From assembly GCA_965203275.1 (NCBI GenBank), contig OZ241865.1:512001-576000 (forward strand): 64,000 nucleotides of DNA, in the 5' to 3' direction. This DNA comes from Bdellovibrionales bacterium (GTDB lineage Bacteria > Bdellovibrionota > Bdellovibrionia > Bdellovibrionales > JAUICD01). The notes beneath the pieces are model-generated. The model did not search any database. It worked only from the letters and a program-made list of their open reading frames with translations, and was not told the origin of the DNA. A program made the position numbers and the translations under genes. Positions 62,414-64,000 of this stretch are shown here, one piece after another; the stretch's first letter is position 1; every line of letters starts with the position of its first letter.

Positions 62414-64000
62414 ATGATGAACAAATATCATCCTTTTTTATGTTTATTTTTTGTAGTCAATGTAATCAATGTTTGTAAGGCATTTGCCTTCCCACAAGAA
62501 GACTGCCCTGGCGTTTTACTTACCACTTTGGATAAAGATCATCAAAGGTTCAGAGAGCTTTCACCAGAAGCTCAAAACATGCTCCAGATAGCTTCAATCA
62601 TTGCTCAGGTGACACATAACAATGACTCTATACCAGCAAAAATGAATATTTATCATGTCCTACTTGCAGCTTTGACAAAAATCCAATCAGCCAATGAGGC
62701 CATCTATCGTTTAAATTTAGAGGATTTAGCTGGTGATGGTGAAAATAAAAGTGCATTATTTGTTGTGTTAGAGAATTTAGGGATTTTAAGAGATTTTCAA
62801 AGATTTCTTTTAAAAGAAATAGGTTTAAATAGTAGCAACCCAGAGCCTTTTGAATTCCAATCAGATAGATTACTTCTTCTCAATTTGAATGAAGCTGTAT
62901 TGACATCGATAAAAATTGACTATGATGAAGAATTTGATCGCTTATGGAACTTAGCTATTCGTGAGAAAGAAGAAGAGATCAGAACCATACATCGTCAAAA
63001 TGGTCGGATTTTACAACTTAGTAATACAGAAAATGTAGTCAGGTACATAAAAATTAGGGATAAGACAAAACGATATGATAAGACTTTTCGGATTCCCACA
63101 TTTCCAGAACATTTCTTTTTAGCATCCTTGCATGTTGATTTGCCTATTTTTCATTTTCTATCAGAGTATTTTGATGGTAAGACACCGGCTCAGATTAAAG
63201 GTACACTCTATCCATTGATAGATCAAGCTAAGCAATCTTTTTGGAATTTTTCAAAAAAGAAAAAACGCAATTCACATTCTAAAGAAGAAAAAGCAATAAT
63301 TACTCTTAAACTAGAAGCTCTCTTTGCAGATCATCCGGGAGGTTTAACTTTAAAGCAGATCAAGGCTGGAATAACAGAGTTTGCTAACAGTTCAGATAGG
63401 ACAATTCGCAACAGACTAAAGGAAAATGGGTATGGAGTTCAAGGAACTTTTCCGGGGGCTTTATGGAATCATCAAATAAGAATAGATAAAGAAAAGCCAA
63501 GACTTCGTCGCAAGCTAGAAACTCTCTTTGCAAATCATCCGGGAGGTTTAACTTTCAAGCAGATAAAGGCTGGAATATCAGAGTTTGCTAATATGCCAGA
63601 TAAGACAATTCACAACAGACTAAAGGAAAATGGGTATGGAGTTCAAGGAATTTTTCCGGGGGCTTTATGGAATCATCAAATAAGAATAGATGAAGAAAAG
63701 GCAAAACTTCGTCACGATCTAGAAGATCTCTTTGCAGATCATCCGGGAGGTTTAACTTTAAAGCAGATCAAGGCTGGAATAACAGAGTTTGCTAACATTT
63801 CAGATAGGACAATTCGCGAAAGACTAAAGGAAAATGGATATGAAGTTCAAGGACTCGGTCCGTATGCTTTATGGTATCAGCAAGGCCATCAAACAAGACA
63901 TGATGAAGAAAAAGCAATAATTACTCTTAAACTAGAAACTCTCTTTGCAGATCATCCGGGAGGTTTAACTTTCCAGCAGATAAAGGACGCTGGAATAACA
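62414..64000 (+). CDS. Secreted protein with Clp-N-like region and tandem 68-aa winged-helix-like repeats, 3' end outside window
   Basis: Manual translation is stop-free from ATG 62414 to the window end; signal peptide ending AFA; repeats at 204/204/213-nt spacing. Not in the ORF track. Confidence 0.85.
   Translation, partial: MMNKYHPFLCLFFVVNVINVCKAFAFPQEDCPGVLLTTLDKDHQRFRELSPEAQNMLQIASIIAQVTHNNDSIPAKMNIYHVLLAALTKIQSANEAIYRLNLEDLAGDGENKSALFVVLENLGILRDFQRFLLKEIGLNSSNPEPFEFQSDRLLLLNLNEAVLTSIKIDYDEEFDRLWNLAIREKEEEIRTIHRQNGRILQLSNTENVVRYIKIRDKTKRYDKTFRIPTFPEHFFLASLHVDLPIFHFLSEYFDGKTPAQIKGTLYPLIDQAKQSFWNFSKKKKRNSHSKEEKAIITLKLEALFADHPGGLTLKQIKAGITEFANSSDRTIRNRLKENGYGVQGTFPGALWNHQIRIDKEKPRLRRKLETLFANHPGGLTFKQIKAGISEFANMPDKTIHNRLKENGYGVQGIFPGALWNHQIRIDEEKAKLRHDLEDLFADHPGGLTLKQIKAGITEFANISDRTIRERLKENGYEVQGLGPYALWYQQGHQTRHDEEKAIITLKLETLFADHPGGLTFQQIKDAGIT

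Overview
AT-rich bacterial chromosome window, most likely Bdellovibrionota. This is inferred from an FQNC-type lipoprotein leader, a gliding-type OM beta-barrel/GltC-like pair, DUF507 and many secreted orphans. It carries housekeeping genes (rho, mrdA, pdxH, nagZ, maeB, metG, folE, smpB, nusG, secE, trxA, mltA) and secreted or lipoprotein orphans (ankyrin, RCC1, SpoIID). About 10 kb in ~14 intergenic blocks is a modular repeat system. Its core is a ~150-bp unit with imperfect terminal inverted repeats that folds into a three-way junction. Every stem has several sequence alleles with compensatory changes, and the alleles recombine. Units join into one another at a fixed CCTC|TG site and are linked by recurrent spacer modules, one found in both orientations, and by GATCCC[A/G] heptamer arrays. 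Broken copies of a four-helix-bundle (Avd/IVP-like) gene sit inside these arrays. No transposase, integrase, RT or cas gene is in the window. Other highlights: a secreted protein with 68-aa tandem winged-helix-like repeats and an NLS-like motif that runs off the right edge, a G16-frameshifted Cys-rich secreted gene, four divergent paralogous lipoproteins, and sigma54/sigma28-like promoters. All calls were made by eye; no searches were run.
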